Assembly (NCBI GenBank): GCA_963797555.1
Contig: CAWCPV010000004.1
Location: 320,001 to 384,000, forward strand
DNA length: 64,000 nt
Direction of reading: 5' to 3'
From: an uncultured Gammaproteobacteria bacterium
Lineage (GTDB): Bacteria > Pseudomonadota > Gammaproteobacteria > CAWCPV01
Shown here: positions 44,894 to 56,298 of the stretch, one piece after another
How the letters are laid out: each line of letters starts with the position of its first letter
How positions within the stretch are numbered: the first letter of the stretch is position 1
Notes under the pieces: model-generated
Seen by the model: the letters and a program-made list of their open reading frames with translations, nothing else
Told to the model about the DNA's origin: nothing
The model's database searches: none
Program-made: the position numbers and the translations under genes

Positions 44894-46997
44894 CCGCCGG
44901 GGCGGTCCGCCTTACGGCGAGCAGGGTGAAGTCGTCACTCGCCTCCGCGCCGCCCACGAATCCCTTGACTGCGTCGCGCACCGCCTCGACGAGTCGTGCG
45001 GCGCGGTTGCTTCCAGCCCCCGAAAGCGCCGCCTCCAGCCTGTCGCGGCCGAACAGGGCGCCTGTATCGTCCATCGCCTCGGTGATCCCGTCGGTGAAGA
45101 AGACGAGCGCTTCATCGGGAGCGAGACCGACGCGCTCGGTCGGATACGGGTAATCCTCCAGCGCGCAGAGCGGCGGGCCGCCTTCGGCCCGGAGCCGCTC
45201 GACGGATCCTTGTGCGTCTATGCGATACGGAGGTTCGTGACCGGCCACCAGCAAGTCGATTTGCCATGTGCGGAGGTCGAAGACCGCAAAGATGGCGGTC
45301 ACGAACAGCAGTTCCGGGTTGTCGCGACAGATCTCGGCGTTCGCCTGGGCCCCGAGCGCCCCGATGTCGCCGTCGCCTCTGAGCGCGGCGCTCTTCACCA
45401 GCGCCTTGGCGACCGCCATGAATAAGCTCGCCGGCAGGCCCTTCCCCGCCACGTCGCCGATCAGGAGGAACAGGCGGTCGTCGTCCAGCAGGAAGAAGTC
45501 GTACAGGTCGCCGCCCACCTCTCGTGCAGGACGCATCGCGACCGCGATCTCGAAGCGTGTCTCACCCGGAAAGACTTCTTCCGGGAGCGGCAACATGCCG
45601 GTCTGGATGCGCCGCGCCGCATCCATCTCGCCGGCGATGCGCGCCGCCGCCACCCGTTGGGCCGCCAGCTCACGCTTGAGCGCCTGGCGCTGCCGTTGCG
45701 CCTCGAAGAAGGTGCCCAGGAATAGGTAGCCGGAAACCAGTGCCACGCCGGCGACAGGGCTCGCCGCGTCGAACAACAGCCCCTCGCTCCGATAGAGAAA
45801 GGCCCCGGCGCCCGCCAGTGTGGCGATGCTGCCCGCGGCCAAGGGCAGGGCGACCGCGGGACCCAAACGGGCGAAGGCTGCCACCACTAGGAGGCCGATG
45901 GCTGCGAGGGCCGCCGCCTCCGCCACGGCACTCCAGCGCACGCGCAGCAGTGTGGTGCCGTCGAATATCGACTCCAGGACCTGGGCGTGGATTTCCGCTC
46001 CCGGCATACGCTCTCCCGACGGCGTCGCCTGATTATCGACGAGGCCGAGGCCAGTGACCGCGATGATAGCCAGCTTGCGCTCAAAGGTTTCCCCGGCCAC
46101 GTTTCCCTGCAGGACTTCGGCGGCGGACACGAAGCGGCCAGGGTCATGGTGTCCATAGTGTACGTACAGGGTGCCGTCGGCCTGGGTCGGAATCAACAAG
46201 TCTCCCACCCCGACACCCTCCACGCGCTTGGCTTCGGCCTTGACGAGGAAAGCGGGCTCGCCGGCGGCGACCCGCAGCATCTCTATGGCGAGCGCGGGAA
46301 CGACGGTGTCCCGCACCGATCCGGCAAGGGGCACCCGGCGCAGCACGCCTGCCTCCGGATCGGCGCTCACGAGCCCGTGCCCGGATGCCGCGCGGTTGAT
46401 CGGGACGACGTTCGTGAGGGCAGCGGAGAAGCGCCTCAGGAGGAGGCGCGGATCTCCGCCTCGCATGATCACCGGTGCAGAGATGAGCGGGCTGGGCCTG
46501 TCCTTGGGGGTTTCATCGACGCCCGCGAGGCCGACCACCGACCCCACTCGGCGCAGGGCCGCCGCCAGCACGTCGTCGTTGCTGGGAAGGCGGCACACAC
46601 GCGCCTTCAGTGCGGCGTCGGCGCCCGGCAAATAGGAGATCAGGTCGCAGGGGGAGGTGCGGTCCGGCTCCGGCATCAGCATGTCCAGGCCCAAGGCCGC
46701 GGGGCGGCCGTCCGCGATGTGGTCCACGACCTGCGCCAGAAGGCTGCGCGGCCAGGGCCACTGGCCGAAACGGGCGAGACTGGCGTCGTCGATCGCCACG
46801 ATCACCACCGGCGCCGAGATCCGTTGCCTGGGGAAGAGCCACTGGTAAGTGTCGAACAGCTTCGCCTGGAGTCGGCTCGGCACCGCTTCGAGCACTACCA
46901 AAGCAGTCAGGGTGGCGAGCAGCAGGAGCGCCGAGTACAGGAGCGTCTTGCCGATGCCGCCAACCGCTGTTTCCGTCCCCGGTGCAGCGGCAGCCAT
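44880..46997 (-). CDS. CHASE2 sensor + SpoIIE/PP2C phosphatase
   Basis: 'IDDASL...GQWPWPR', 3 TM segments, 'VGGDLYD', 'GDVAGKG', 'FTDGITEA', 'DDFT'. Confidence 0.92.
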   Translation of the reverse strand: MAAAAPGTETAVGGIGKTLLYSALLLLATLTALVVLEAVPSRLQAKLFDTYQWLFPRQRISAPVVIVAIDDASLARFGQWPWPRSLLAQVVDHIADGRPAALGLDMLMPEPDRTSPCDLISYLPGADAALKARVCRLPSNDDVLAAALRRVGSVVGLAGVDETPKDRPSPLISAPVIMRGGDPRLLLRRFSAALTNVVPINRAASGHGLVSADPEAGVLRRVPLAGSVRDTVVPALAIEMLRVAAGEPAFLVKAEAKRVEGVGVGDLLIPTQADGTLYVHYGHHDPGRFVSAAEVLQGNVAGETFERKLAIIAVTGLGLVDNQATPSGERMPGAEIHAQVLESIFDGTTLLRVRWSAVAEAAALAAIGLLVVAAFARLGPAVALPLAAGSIATLAGAGAFLYRSEGLLFDAASPVAGVALVSGYLFLGTFFEAQRQRQALKRELAAQRVAAARIAGEMDAARRIQTGMLPLPEEVFPGETRFEIAVAMRPAREVGGDLYDFFLLDDDRLFLLIGDVAGKGLPASLFMAVAKALVKSAALRGDGDIGALGAQANAEICRDNPELLFVTAIFAVFDLRTWQIDLLVAGHEPPYRIDAQGSVERLRAEGGPPLCALEDYPYPTERVGLAPDEALVFFTDGITEAMDDTGALFGRDRLEAALSGAGSNRAARLVEAVRDAVKGFVGGAEASDDFTLLAVRRTAPAVSAR

Positions 46998-47003
46998 GAG
47001 CCG

Positions 47004-47964
47004 TCAGAGCGCGACCTCTAGACCGTCGTAGGCGGCGATGACTTCCACCCGGTGGTCGCCGCGAGTGATCTCCTCGAAGCGGCGCGTTTCGGCGAGAACC
47101 CTCGCGAGCTGCTCGTCATCGGAGGCCGGCTCGTGGTGGAACAGACACAGAGTCTTGGCGTGCGCGAGCTGGCAAAGCTCCACGCCCACCACGTTGCTGG
47201 AATGTCCCCAGTCCTCCTTCACCGAGATGGCGTCTGCCAACGAGTACATGGCGTCGAAGATCACCAGATCGGCGTCGCGAAAGAAGTCGGCGAAAGCACG
47301 CGTCTCCTCCACGTCGTCCAGCTTGTGCTCGGAGTCCGTCGAGTAGACGAGGGTCTTGCCGCCCATCTCGACGCGGTAGCCGTAGGAGTCCATGGTATGA
47401 AGCTGCAGCTTGGGAGTTACGCGCAACCCGGCGATGTCGTGGGTCTTCCCCGGATCGAGATGGACGAATTCGATGGTGGCGCCGAGAGTGTCGAATTCGA
47501 CCGGAAAGCAGGGCGCCGACTGTTGGCGTCGGAATCCTTCCTCCAGGCAGAAATGGCACCCGTAGATACGGATCAGGTTGCCTGGAATGTAAGCGGGAAC
47601 GAAGAAGGGAAAGCCCATGATATGGTCCCAGTGGACGTGGGACATCAGCACGTGAAACACGTTCGGCTTGCCGAATCCGTGCTTGGCCAGCACCGAATTG
47701 CCGAAGGGGCGCACCCCACTGCCCAGGTCGCACAAGACGTACTCGCTGCCACCTGTCTCCAGCTCCACGCAGGAGGAATTGCCTCCGAAAGAATGACCCA
47801 CACTGAAGTCGAGATCGTGGTCCACGAAGGCCCGTGCCTTTTCCGGAGTATCGAGATTCCGACCTGCGGCCGCCACCAAGGCGGTCACGAGCTTGTCTTT
47901 CAGACCGGCTGCGGTGAGCGCGACCGGGAGGGGATCCGCGCGTGCCCCAGAACCTGACGATCAC
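47004..47964 (-). CDS. Metallo-beta-lactamase-fold hydrolase (frameshift near 47930)
   Basis: 'RFWGTRGS', 'GGNSSCVE', 'SHVHWDHIMG', 'WGHS', 'FHHEP'. Confidence 0.88.
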
Positions 47965-47974
47965 GGGTTTCTCC

Positions 47975-48331
47975 TCACCGCGGCGTTGCTGCAAGGTGCA
48001 GGGTCGCCTCCTCGGCGGACGGGAAAACCTCGAACACCCGGTCGAATCGGCTGATCTCGAAGATCTCCTGGACCACCGGCTGTAATCCGGCGACCACTAT
48101 CCTCAGGCCTTGGGCTTTCATTTGCTTGGCCGCGAGCATGAGCACGCGCAGCCCGACGCTGCTCATGTAGTCCACTCCCGCAAGGTCGAGGACCAACGGG
48201 CAGCCATCCTTCTTGCAGTCGTCAAGGCTGGGAGCGAGGCCATTTTTCAGCACCTCCGCGTTGGGGTGGTCAATCCGCCCGCTGACCGAAACCACGAGGA
48301 TCCCGTCCGCGCGCCTGCTCGTCATCTCCAT
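47975..48331 (-). CDS. STAS anti-sigma-factor antagonist
   Basis: 'LDLAGVDYMSSVGLRVL'. Confidence 0.92.
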   Translation of the reverse strand: MEMTSRRADGILVVSVSGRIDHPNAEVLKNGLAPSLDDCKKDGCPLVLDLAGVDYMSSVGLRVLMLAAKQMKAQGLRIVVAGLQPVVQEIFEISRFDRVFEVFPSAEEATLHLAATPR

Positions 48332-48540
48332 CTGGCAACGACCTCCCGACTCGACCGGCTCAGACTAGCTAAAGTTTTGCGCCGCCACAACAGCGCGGAC
48401 ACCCGGCCCGCGCGGCCGCTGCTCAGCCGCGGGCTGCGGGCGCCGCCGAGGATTCTACACTCCGGCGCGTGCACCGGGGGCGGGCCGCGCGCCGCTCGCG
48501 GGCGGCGGAGGCCCCGATGCGGCGGCGTGTGCGACGGACC

Positions 48541-48678
48541 TGAGACGCTGTGAAAAAATATTTCCCCTCGCCCCCTTATGGGGGACAGGGTTAGGGTGAG
48601 GGGCTTTGAATTCAGCGAGTTACCACCCTCACCCTAGCCCTCTCCCTGAGGGAGAGGGGATTTTTTCACAACCTCTGA
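48541..48678. repeat. Palindromic intergenic element of the CCCTCACCCTAnCCCTCTCCC type
   Basis: AGGGTTAGGGTGAGGG pairs with CCCTCACCCTAGCCCT; outer IR TGTGAAAAAAT / ATTTTTTCACA. Confidence 0.75.
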
Positions 48679-48681
48679 GGG

Positions 48682-49068
48682 CTAGTTGTCCTTCGCCCCT
48701 TGGTCCACCCAGGCCCTGAGCGTCTGGATCTCCTCCTTGGTGAGAGGCTCCTTTCCGTGCGGCATCTGGATGGACGGGTCGGCGCGGCCTTCGACCAGCA
48801 TGATCAGGGCGCTGGTCAGGCTGTCTCCCGGCTTGATCACCGGGCCGAACCGGGTGCCTTTCATAAGATCCTGGTACGACGCCATGCTCAGTCCGCTCTT
48901 GACGTAGCCTGGGCCGCTGGGCGGCGTGTGGCACTCGATACAGTGCCGGTCAAGAATCGGGCGGGCCTCTTCCTTGAAGCTGACTTCCTTGGGCTGCTGA
49001 GAGCACGCGCTCAGCACCAGGGTCCCGGCCAGCAGGACTCCAGTCAGCAAGAGCTTTTGAGCGGTCAT
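48682..49068 (-). CDS. Lipoprotein c-type cytochrome (planctomycete cytochrome c-like)
   Basis: Lipobox 'LSAC', heme motif 'CIECH', 'MP...W..QGA'. Confidence 0.85.
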   Translation of the reverse strand: MTAQKLLLTGVLLAGTLVLSACSQQPKEVSFKEEARPILDRHCIECHTPPSGPGYVKSGLSMASYQDLMKGTRFGPVIKPGDSLTSALIMLVEGRADPSIQMPHGKEPLTKEEIQTLRAWVDQGAKDN

Positions 49069-49535
49069 TGGATTCTCCTCCTTGCGCGGCGATGCGCGGT
49101 TGGTTAGATGGGGCTGGTGGTCATCCTCGGGCGAGTTCGCAGCGCCGAGGCAGTGCTGCGACGCGAGCCACACGGCGTTGATGATGCCCCGGCCACTGCC
49201 CGGAGTCCACCGAGTATCCAAGGCGAAGTCGTACACTGCCGGCTCTGCTCTCGATGAACGCTGCGGGGAGAGGAGGGGGCGTCCTTCCGGCGGGAGTAAT
49301 GGACCTGCTCGATGGCGTGTGGGCCGCAACATGCCGGGCGAAGGTCGGATCACCGGCATCCGTCCGCGCGGCGGAGAACGTCGCTGCCGGTACGACCCCG
49401 AGGGCTTCCGGCGAGGCCCTGCGGTGCATGACCCCGGGATGCCTCGAGATGGGAAAGAGGGCAAGGATCATCCACGGCGCCGACCCGACGCCGGAGGGGG
49501 CGCGAGGCCGGCGGAAAGCTCGATGGCAAGCCCGG

Positions 49536-50921
49536 TCAGGCGGGCTTGATGTTGAAGTTCACCCGGAAGAGGTTGTCCGGGTCGTACTTCCGCTTCACCT
49601 CGGCGAGGCGGTCGTAATTCGGTCCGTAGGCGGAGCGCACCCGCTCCCCCTCATCCGCCGTCATGAAGTTCAGGTAGACGCCGGAGCTGGCGAAGGCAGC
49701 CGTCGCCCGGAAGTAGGCGCGGCACCACTGGATGCAGTGCTCGTCCTCCGCCGCGGTCTCCCATCGTCCGTGGACGTTCATGACGTACTCGGCGTCGCGG
49801 TGGGCGTACGCTGTGGCGTCGGAAGCCCGCCGCTTCGTGGCGCACCCGAGAGCCCCGAAGAAGATCTCGCAATGGGGCGACGGCAGCGTCTTGACGTATT
49901 GGATGACGACGTCAATCAGGCCGTCGTCGATCTTCGTGAAGTTGTGGGACTTCCAGTAGTTCCGGGCCCCGGCCGTGAGGAGGGGATCGAATGCCTGCTG
50001 CCAGGCCGTGTACGGCTGCACGCCCACGAGCTCCCCGACGGGCTTCCCCAGCTTCCGGAGCGGCGCGACGAGATCCATACCCTTCTCGGGGTCCCCCGCG
50101 TAGAGGAGCGCGAGGACGACGACCTCCTTGCCGTGGACCTCCGCCGGGAGGAATGGGAGCGGCGGGGCCTTGCGGAGCACCGCCCACACGGAGAGTTCCT
50201 CGGGCGCCCCGGAGACGAACTCCCGGTACTGCTGCATCACCGATTTCGCCTCGGCGAGCGGGTAGACGACGAGGCCGCTCAGCAGGTCCGGTCCCACGGG
50301 ATGGAGGCGGAACTCGAAGCGGGTGACGATGCCGAAGTTGCCGCTGCCGCCCCGAAGCGCCCAGAACAGATCCGGGTTCTCCCCGGTGCTGGCGCGCACC
50401 ACCTCTCCCTTCGCCGTGACCACCTCGGCCGACTCGAGATTGTCGATGGTCATGCCGTACTTGCGGCTCAGCCAGCCGAAGCCGCCGCCCAGCGTGAGGC
50501 CGGCAATCCCCGTGGTGGAGTTGATGCCCACGGGGGTGGCGAGGCCGTGCGCCTGCGTGGCGGCGTCGAGGTCCGCGAGCGTGGCGCCCCCCTCGACGGT
50601 CGTCCGCTTCGCGCCGGGATCGACCTTCACGGCCTTCATTTGGGACAGATCAATCACGATCCCGTCGTCACAGAGGGAGTTGCCGGCGATGTGGTGTCCC
50701 GCGCCCCGGACGGCGAGCGGGATCCCGTTATCCCGGGCGAACCCCAGCGCCTTGACGACGTCCTGCGTGCCGGCGCAGCGGGCGATGATCGCGGGGCGCT
50801 TGTCGATCATCGCATTCCAGATCTTGCGGGCCTCGTCGTATCCTTCGTCGCTCGGAAGGAAGACCTTGCCGCCGAATCCCTTCTTCAGTCCATCGATCTT
50901 CGTGGCATCGGCTCTTACCAT
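49536..50921 (-). CDS. FAD-linked oxidase (berberine-bridge/VAO family)
   Basis: 'VRGAGHH', 'GLTLGGGFG', 'DLFWALRGG', 'KRKYDPDNLF'. Confidence 0.93.
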   Translation of the reverse strand: MVRADATKIDGLKKGFGGKVFLPSDEGYDEARKIWNAMIDKRPAIIARCAGTQDVVKALGFARDNGIPLAVRGAGHHIAGNSLCDDGIVIDLSQMKAVKVDPGAKRTTVEGGATLADLDAATQAHGLATPVGINSTTGIAGLTLGGGFGWLSRKYGMTIDNLESAEVVTAKGEVVRASTGENPDLFWALRGGSGNFGIVTRFEFRLHPVGPDLLSGLVVYPLAEAKSVMQQYREFVSGAPEELSVWAVLRKAPPLPFLPAEVHGKEVVVLALLYAGDPEKGMDLVAPLRKLGKPVGELVGVQPYTAWQQAFDPLLTAGARNYWKSHNFTKIDDGLIDVVIQYVKTLPSPHCEIFFGALGCATKRRASDATAYAHRDAEYVMNVHGRWETAAEDEHCIQWCRAYFRATAAFASSGVYLNFMTADEGERVRSAYGPNYDRLAEVKRKYDPDNLFRVNFNIKPA

Positions 50922-51380
50922 GGCTTCCTCCCGCGCGGGTATGGCCGAACGCCCCTGAGGGCGGGGGGCCGTAAAGAGATTAAAGGTTCACGAAGCCGGT
51001 TCCGCGGCTTCACCGGGATGGCCGCCGTGAGTAGCCTTCCAGCACGCCACGGCCCTCGTGAAGAGGCAATCGTGCTGCGCTGAGCCTCCGGATGCCCGGA
51101 CAGTCTAGCTGGGACGGCCTCGCGGTGCATCCCCCGGCGGTGCGAACGATTCGAGCAAGAGTTGGTTTTCCCTTGGCCGGCCCCCGCCCCGACGTTCGAG
51201 GCTGGGACAAACCGCCCAGGCGCGCGGTCAGCGGCTATGCCGAGTTTGTGCGCTCAGCGATCCCCGAGGGGGAGGGGACGCTGATACGCGACGTGCTGCA
51301 GCGCGGACAATTGACGGCCGACCCCGGGATCCGGGGGGCGGCTCTGACGTTGGAGCATACGGAACGCAGATGCGGAGCCC

Positions 51381-51457
51381 GTAGGTTGGGCTGACGGCAG
51401 GAAGCCTACCGTCACGGGGCTTTATTGTTGGGGTTCGCTCGGCTCACTCCAACCTGC
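51381..51457. repeat. Degenerate GTAG-type REP pair
   Basis: GTAGGTTGGG...CCAACCTGC with internal palindromes. Confidence 0.55.
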
Positions 51458-51905
51458 GGCCCTCGCTTCCGCATGACCGAGATGCACAACCTGCGTCAGA
51501 GTCGTCCAAGAGCGGTCAGCACCAGCCGGGCAATCCGCTGCGGATCGGTGCAGTACATGAGTTCCCGGTTCTCCGCCTCGTCGAGGCCGTTGTTGAGCGC
51601 CTTGTCGAGGCCCGCGCCGGCGCTGGCGGTCGGATTCGCGCCCACCGCAACGCGGGCAGCATCGGGCAAGCTTTTCCTGTGTCCGTCGGGCCGGCGCCAT
51701 ATAACAGCTCGCGCGGCGGGTCTTTGAGGTGATGATAGGTCAGCATGGCAAAACGTCTTCACGCCGAGCACCGTGTGAAACACCTTCGAGGGCGCGCGAG
51801 CGGCCAGCAACCGTCTCTCGCGCAGATTGCCCGAATAGCCTTAGCGTGAAAATGCGCCGAAGACAGCCCAAAAATCCCGCTCGCTTGCAAGTGTCGTCAA
51901 GACGG

Positions 51906-51980
51906 GTAGGTCGGGTTAGGCCCCAAGGCCGTAACCCGACGTCTGGAGATGTCGGGTTACGCTACGCTAACCCGACCTAC
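51906..51980. repeat. GTAG-type REP doublet
   Basis: GTAGGTCGGGTTAG...CTAACCCGACCTAC 14-bp IR, inner GTAACCCGAC / GTCGGGTTAC. Confidence 0.85.
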
Positions 51981-52221
51981 ATGGCTCCCCTGGGGAGAAC
52001 CGATCTCTCCCGTTTGCGGGAGGGAACCGGTCATGGGGCCACGTTTTCATGTTCCGGGGCGGCGAAAGTCGCCATGACCGGTTAGGTTCGGTTGGCGTGA
52101 CCGACATCGCTGAAGCAAGTCTACGATAACGCCGGTCAAACTCGCCGAAATTTTGAGATGTGCGGGGGCATCCAGGGGCGTTGAACAGCCCTGCCCGTAA
52201 ACGCCGCTTGGGGGGAGGACC

Positions 52222-55059
52222 ATGACCACGCTCTTCATCAGCCACAGCAGCAAGGACAAAGGGTGGGCCGAGGTGCTGCGCGAGACCCTGCACGGCCAGG
52301 GCTACCAGTCGCTGTTCCTGGACTCCCACCCGGACGACGGCATCCCTGCCGGGGCCAAATGGGAGCAGACCCTCTGGCAGCGACTGCGGCAATCCCGCGG
52401 CGTCGTGGTACTGTGCACCAAGGACTGGCTCGCCTCGCCCTGGTGCGTCGCCGAGGCGATGATGGCGCGGGAAGCGGGGCAAGCCGGTCTTTCTCCTCGC
52501 CACTGCGGAGGTCGCGGACGGGCGTCAGGTCAAGGCGGCGGGGGAGGGAGGAGAAACGCCGCAGATCCCGGATTTCCTCAAGGACACCCAGTTCATCAGC
52601 TTGGCCGGCGTGTCCGAGGAGGAGGCCCTGCAGCGCCTCTGGCGCGGGCTGGAAGAAGAGGGCCTGAAGGACGATTTCCCGCTGCCGGAGCGGCCCTATC
52701 CGGGGCTGGAGCCCTTCCAGGAGCGAGATGCCGCCGTCTTCTTCGGCCGGGACCAGGACATCGCGCGAGTGCGAGGCGTCCTCAACCGATGCCGGCGCCG
52801 CAACGCGAAGGGCTTCATCCTGGTCCTGGGCGCCTCCGGATGCGGCAAGTCCTCCCTGGTGCGGGCGGGCGTGCTGCCGCGGCTCAGGCCCGTCGCCAGC
52901 GCGGGCGGCTCATCGCGTGAGTGGGTGATCGCGACCCCTTTCATCGGCAGCACGGGCCTCGACGGGCTCACCCGATCGCTGGCAACGGCTTTCGCGGACC
53001 GCAAGCCGCCAGAAGACCTCGAGTCCAAGATCCGAGCGATCGAGGCGGCGACGGACTCTGATGGCGGCACGCAAGAGGCCGCGCGGTCATTGCGGAGTCT
53101 CGCCAACAGCTTGCTCATCGCTTACGGCTGCACTGAAGGACACGTGCTGCTGGTGCTGGACCAGCTCGAAGAGGTGTTCGGAAGCAAGCCCGGCTCGGGG
53201 GCACGCATCATGCTGCGGCTGCTGCTGGGGGTCACCGCCGAGGACGGCAGCCCCGTGGTGGTCCTCGCCACCATGCGCTCGGATTTCCTCAACGCCTTTC
53301 AGCTCTTTCCCGGTGCCGCCGAGCGTTACGAGGAGGTCACCCTCGACCCCATGCCCAGGGCCCGCTTCGCCGAGCTGATCGAGGGGCCGGCGGAGCGCTT
53401 CGGCCTGCGGATCGAGCCCGGGCTGACCGAGCGCCTGGTGGAGGACACGCGCTACGACGACGCCCTGCCCCTGCTCGCCTTCACCCTGGAGCGGTTGTAC
53501 AAAAAGGGCGGGGAGGACGGGGTGTTGACGCTCCAGGAGTATCAGGACCTCTTCCCGCCCGTCGCCGTGCGCGGTGAGGACGGGCGCACGACCGAGCACC
53601 GAGGCGTGTCCGCCGCCATCAAGCACGCGGCCGACGAGATCCTCTCCCAGACCGGTTATGCCAGGCTTCTCGTCGAAGACCGACCCGCGCCTGCGCGACC
53701 TGCGCCGCGCGTTCTACAGTCTCGCCCGGGTGGGGGAGGCGGGCCAGTTCACGCGTCGCACCGCCCTGCGGTCACGGATGCCGTCGTTCGTGCGCGGAGG
53801 TCCTCGAGCGCTTCGTGGACCAGCGCCTGCTGGTGTCCGACGTGGGGAAGGATGGCGAGCGCACCCTGAGCGTCGCCCACGAGGCCCTGTTCCGCGTCTG
53901 GGACACCCTGCACGGCTGGCTGCTGCAAGACCGCAAGGCACTCGCGCTGCGCCACCAGATCGAGCAGGCCGCCGCCGAATGGCATGCCGCGCACCGGGCC
54001 GAGAGCCGCCGCTGGCCGGAGGAGCGCATCCTGGACGCGGTGGGCGAGATCGGCCGCAGCGGCGTGTCCCTCGATGACGTGGCCCAACCCGAGATCGTGC
54101 GCGCCTTCCTCGGCCCGACGCACCCGGAAGTCCTGTCGGAGCTGCCGTCCCTCGGCGCGGCCGAGGATCAGGCAGCCGGCAGCGGCTGCTACGGCGACGC
54201 CTGGCGTCTGCCCCTTTCCCACGAAGCGCGGGCCAGCGTCGGTGTGCGCCTGGCCCTGCTCGGCGACCGCCGCGGCGGCGTGGGGCTGCGCGACGATGGC
54301 ATGCCGGACACAGCCTGGTGCCGGGTCGAGGGCGGCGAGGTGATCATCGAGATCCGCGCGAACCCCGACGACCCGCGATCGGAGGTCGCGAGCACGCTCA
54401 CGCGGACGGTGCCCCGTTTCTGGATCGCACGCTATCCGGTCACCGTCGCCCAGTTCCAGGCGTTCCTTCGGGACTGTCACCGCGATGGCGAGTGGCACCT
54501 GCCGTCCGGCCTTCCCTTCGACCTCCCCGCCGACTACCCGCCGCCCAAGCACCGGGCAGGCTACGGTAACCATCCCGCTGATTCCGTCAACTGGTGGGAT
54601 GCGGTCGTCTGGTGTCGCTGGCTGAGTGCACGGCTCGGGCACGAGATCCGGCTGCCGACGGAATTCGAGTGGCAGCTTGCCGCGACAAGAGGCGACCCCG
54701 CCAGGACCTATCCCTGGGGCCCCGACTGGGATCCGCAGCAGGAGCCCTGGAGGGCCAACACTGTCGAGAGCGGCCTCAACAGATCCACGGCGGTCGGGCT
54801 CTACCCCTCGGGCGTGTCGCCGGCTGGCGTGCTGGATATGGCAGGGACCCTCTGGGAATGGTGCCTGAACAGTTTCGAAGACCCCGAGAACACGGGCCTT
54901 CCCGCAGACCAGCAGGACCGTCGTGTGCTGCGCGGCGGGTCCTGGTACGACGATCAGGCCCTCGCGCGCTCCGGCATCCGCCTCAGGCTCAGCCCGAGCA
55001 ACCGCGGCGGCAGCGTGGGGTTTCGGGTGTTGTGTTCGTCCCCCATCTGTGATCACTGA
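52222..55059 (+). CDS. DGR target 1: TIR + STAND (nSTAND1-like) NTPase + FGE-sulfatase/CLec-fold domain; several apparent frameshifts
   Basis: GGAGG RBS; TIR 'LFISHSSKD...SPWCVAE'; 'PYPGLEPF...FFGR', 'GASGCGKSS', 'LDQLEE', 'LPLLAF'; 'YPVTVAQF', 'RLPTEFEW', 'DMAGTLWEW', 'RGGSW...GFRV'. Confidence 0.9.
54922..55047 (+). repeat. DGR variable repeat VR1
   Basis: 126-nt gapless match to TR with 19 mismatches, 18 at TR adenines. Confidence 0.96.
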
Positions 55060-56247
55060 TCTCTGGCTGCCGCGCGAGCGGCACACACGGCGCGCAGCGG
55101 CGTCTCCGCGCGCTGAACGCGGCTTGGGTACCGCTGTGAGGACGCGGTGGACACGTGGTCAGGATTCCCGGGCCGCCTTTGCGCGGCGATGCTTGGCAGT
55201 ATGCACAGCGACCCAAGCACGTGTTGGCGCAGGCCCCAGCTATCGGCGTGGCCCATGTGGGCGATCCAGCCTTGGATACTCGCGTCGAGCCTCGGCGAAG
55301 CTGATCGCGCCGGCGTGATAGGCCGCCAGCCGTGAGCGCAGCCCCCGCCGAGCGTTGCGCACCTTGCGGCCCTTGACCAGCCGGTGGGTCGGGTGGACCA
55401 CGAAGCCGAGCCAGGGAATGCCGGCCTGGACCGGCAGAACCTGAGCGCGCGTTTCGTGGATAACGAGCCGCAGCCGGGCGAGCCTTTCGATGATCGCCGC
55501 CTTCCAGGCCCACAGCTCGCGCTTGCGGTCGCCGAAGAGGGCGAAGTCGTCGACGTAGCGCAGATAGGCTGGGCAGCGTAGGTCGCGCTTCACGAACTCG
55601 TCGAAGGGGTGCAGGTAGCAATTGGACCAGAACTGCGATGTCAGATTGCCTATCGGCAGGCCCCTCGGCCGGCACACGGCCAGCAGGTCATCCCCTGGGA
55701 AGCGCACGTAGCGGTACTCGTCGTCCAGCACGCCGCGGCCGCTGTCGACGATGGCCTCGACCAGCGCCATGATGTCCGGCTCCGGCATCTGGCGGCTCAG
55801 GGTATCGAGCAGGACCGCGTGATCGACAGACGCGAAGTGCTGCACGATGTCGGCGCGCAGCACGTAGCGGTGAAGGCGAGCGAATTCCTGTAGCCGGTCG
55901 ATGGCCCGGTGGGTGCCCTTGCCGGCCCGGTTGGCGTAGCTGTCCGGCATGAAGAGGCGCTCGAAGCGGGGCTCCATCACGGTGCACAGGGCGTGGTGCA
56001 CGACTCGATCGCGGAACTGGGCCGCGCTGATCTTGCGCCGTTTCGGGTCCTTGATATGGAAGTGGACGTAAGCGCCCGGGCGGTACGTGCCCGCCAGCAA
56101 CTGCGCGCGTAGCTCCGCCAGATGCTCCTCCGCTCGGTACTCGAAGCGGGCGACGCTCTGCGTGCCACGCTTGCCGCGCGCCGCCCTGCGCCAGGCGAGC
56201 ACCAGGTTCTCCCAGGAGCACAGATGCTCGAAGGCGGGGCTCGTCAT
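55053..56247 (-). CDS. DGR reverse transcriptase (apparent +1 indel near 55290)
   Basis: 'WENLVLAWRRAARGK', 'DPKRRKISAAQFRDRVVHHAL', 'GKGTH', 'GLPIGNLTSQ', 'YLRYVDD', 'WLGF'; C-terminal 'SIQGWIAHMGHADSWGLR' in the shifted frame. Confidence 0.93.
55068..55103 (+). other. Tandem hairpins downstream of VR1 (putative target-recognition element)
   Basis: TGCCGC-GCGA-GCGGCA followed by ACGGCGC-GCA-GCGGCGT (one mismatch). Confidence 0.7.
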
Positions 56248-56298
56248 CGAAGCGGGCCGCGCCACGCCTGGCGCGGCAACCCGAAACGGAGCATGAGC

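Noticed and set aside
54300-55059. Formylglycine-generating enzyme
   Set aside because: The catalytic Cys region is replaced by the VR and the domain is fused to TIR-STAND, so it is a binding fold.
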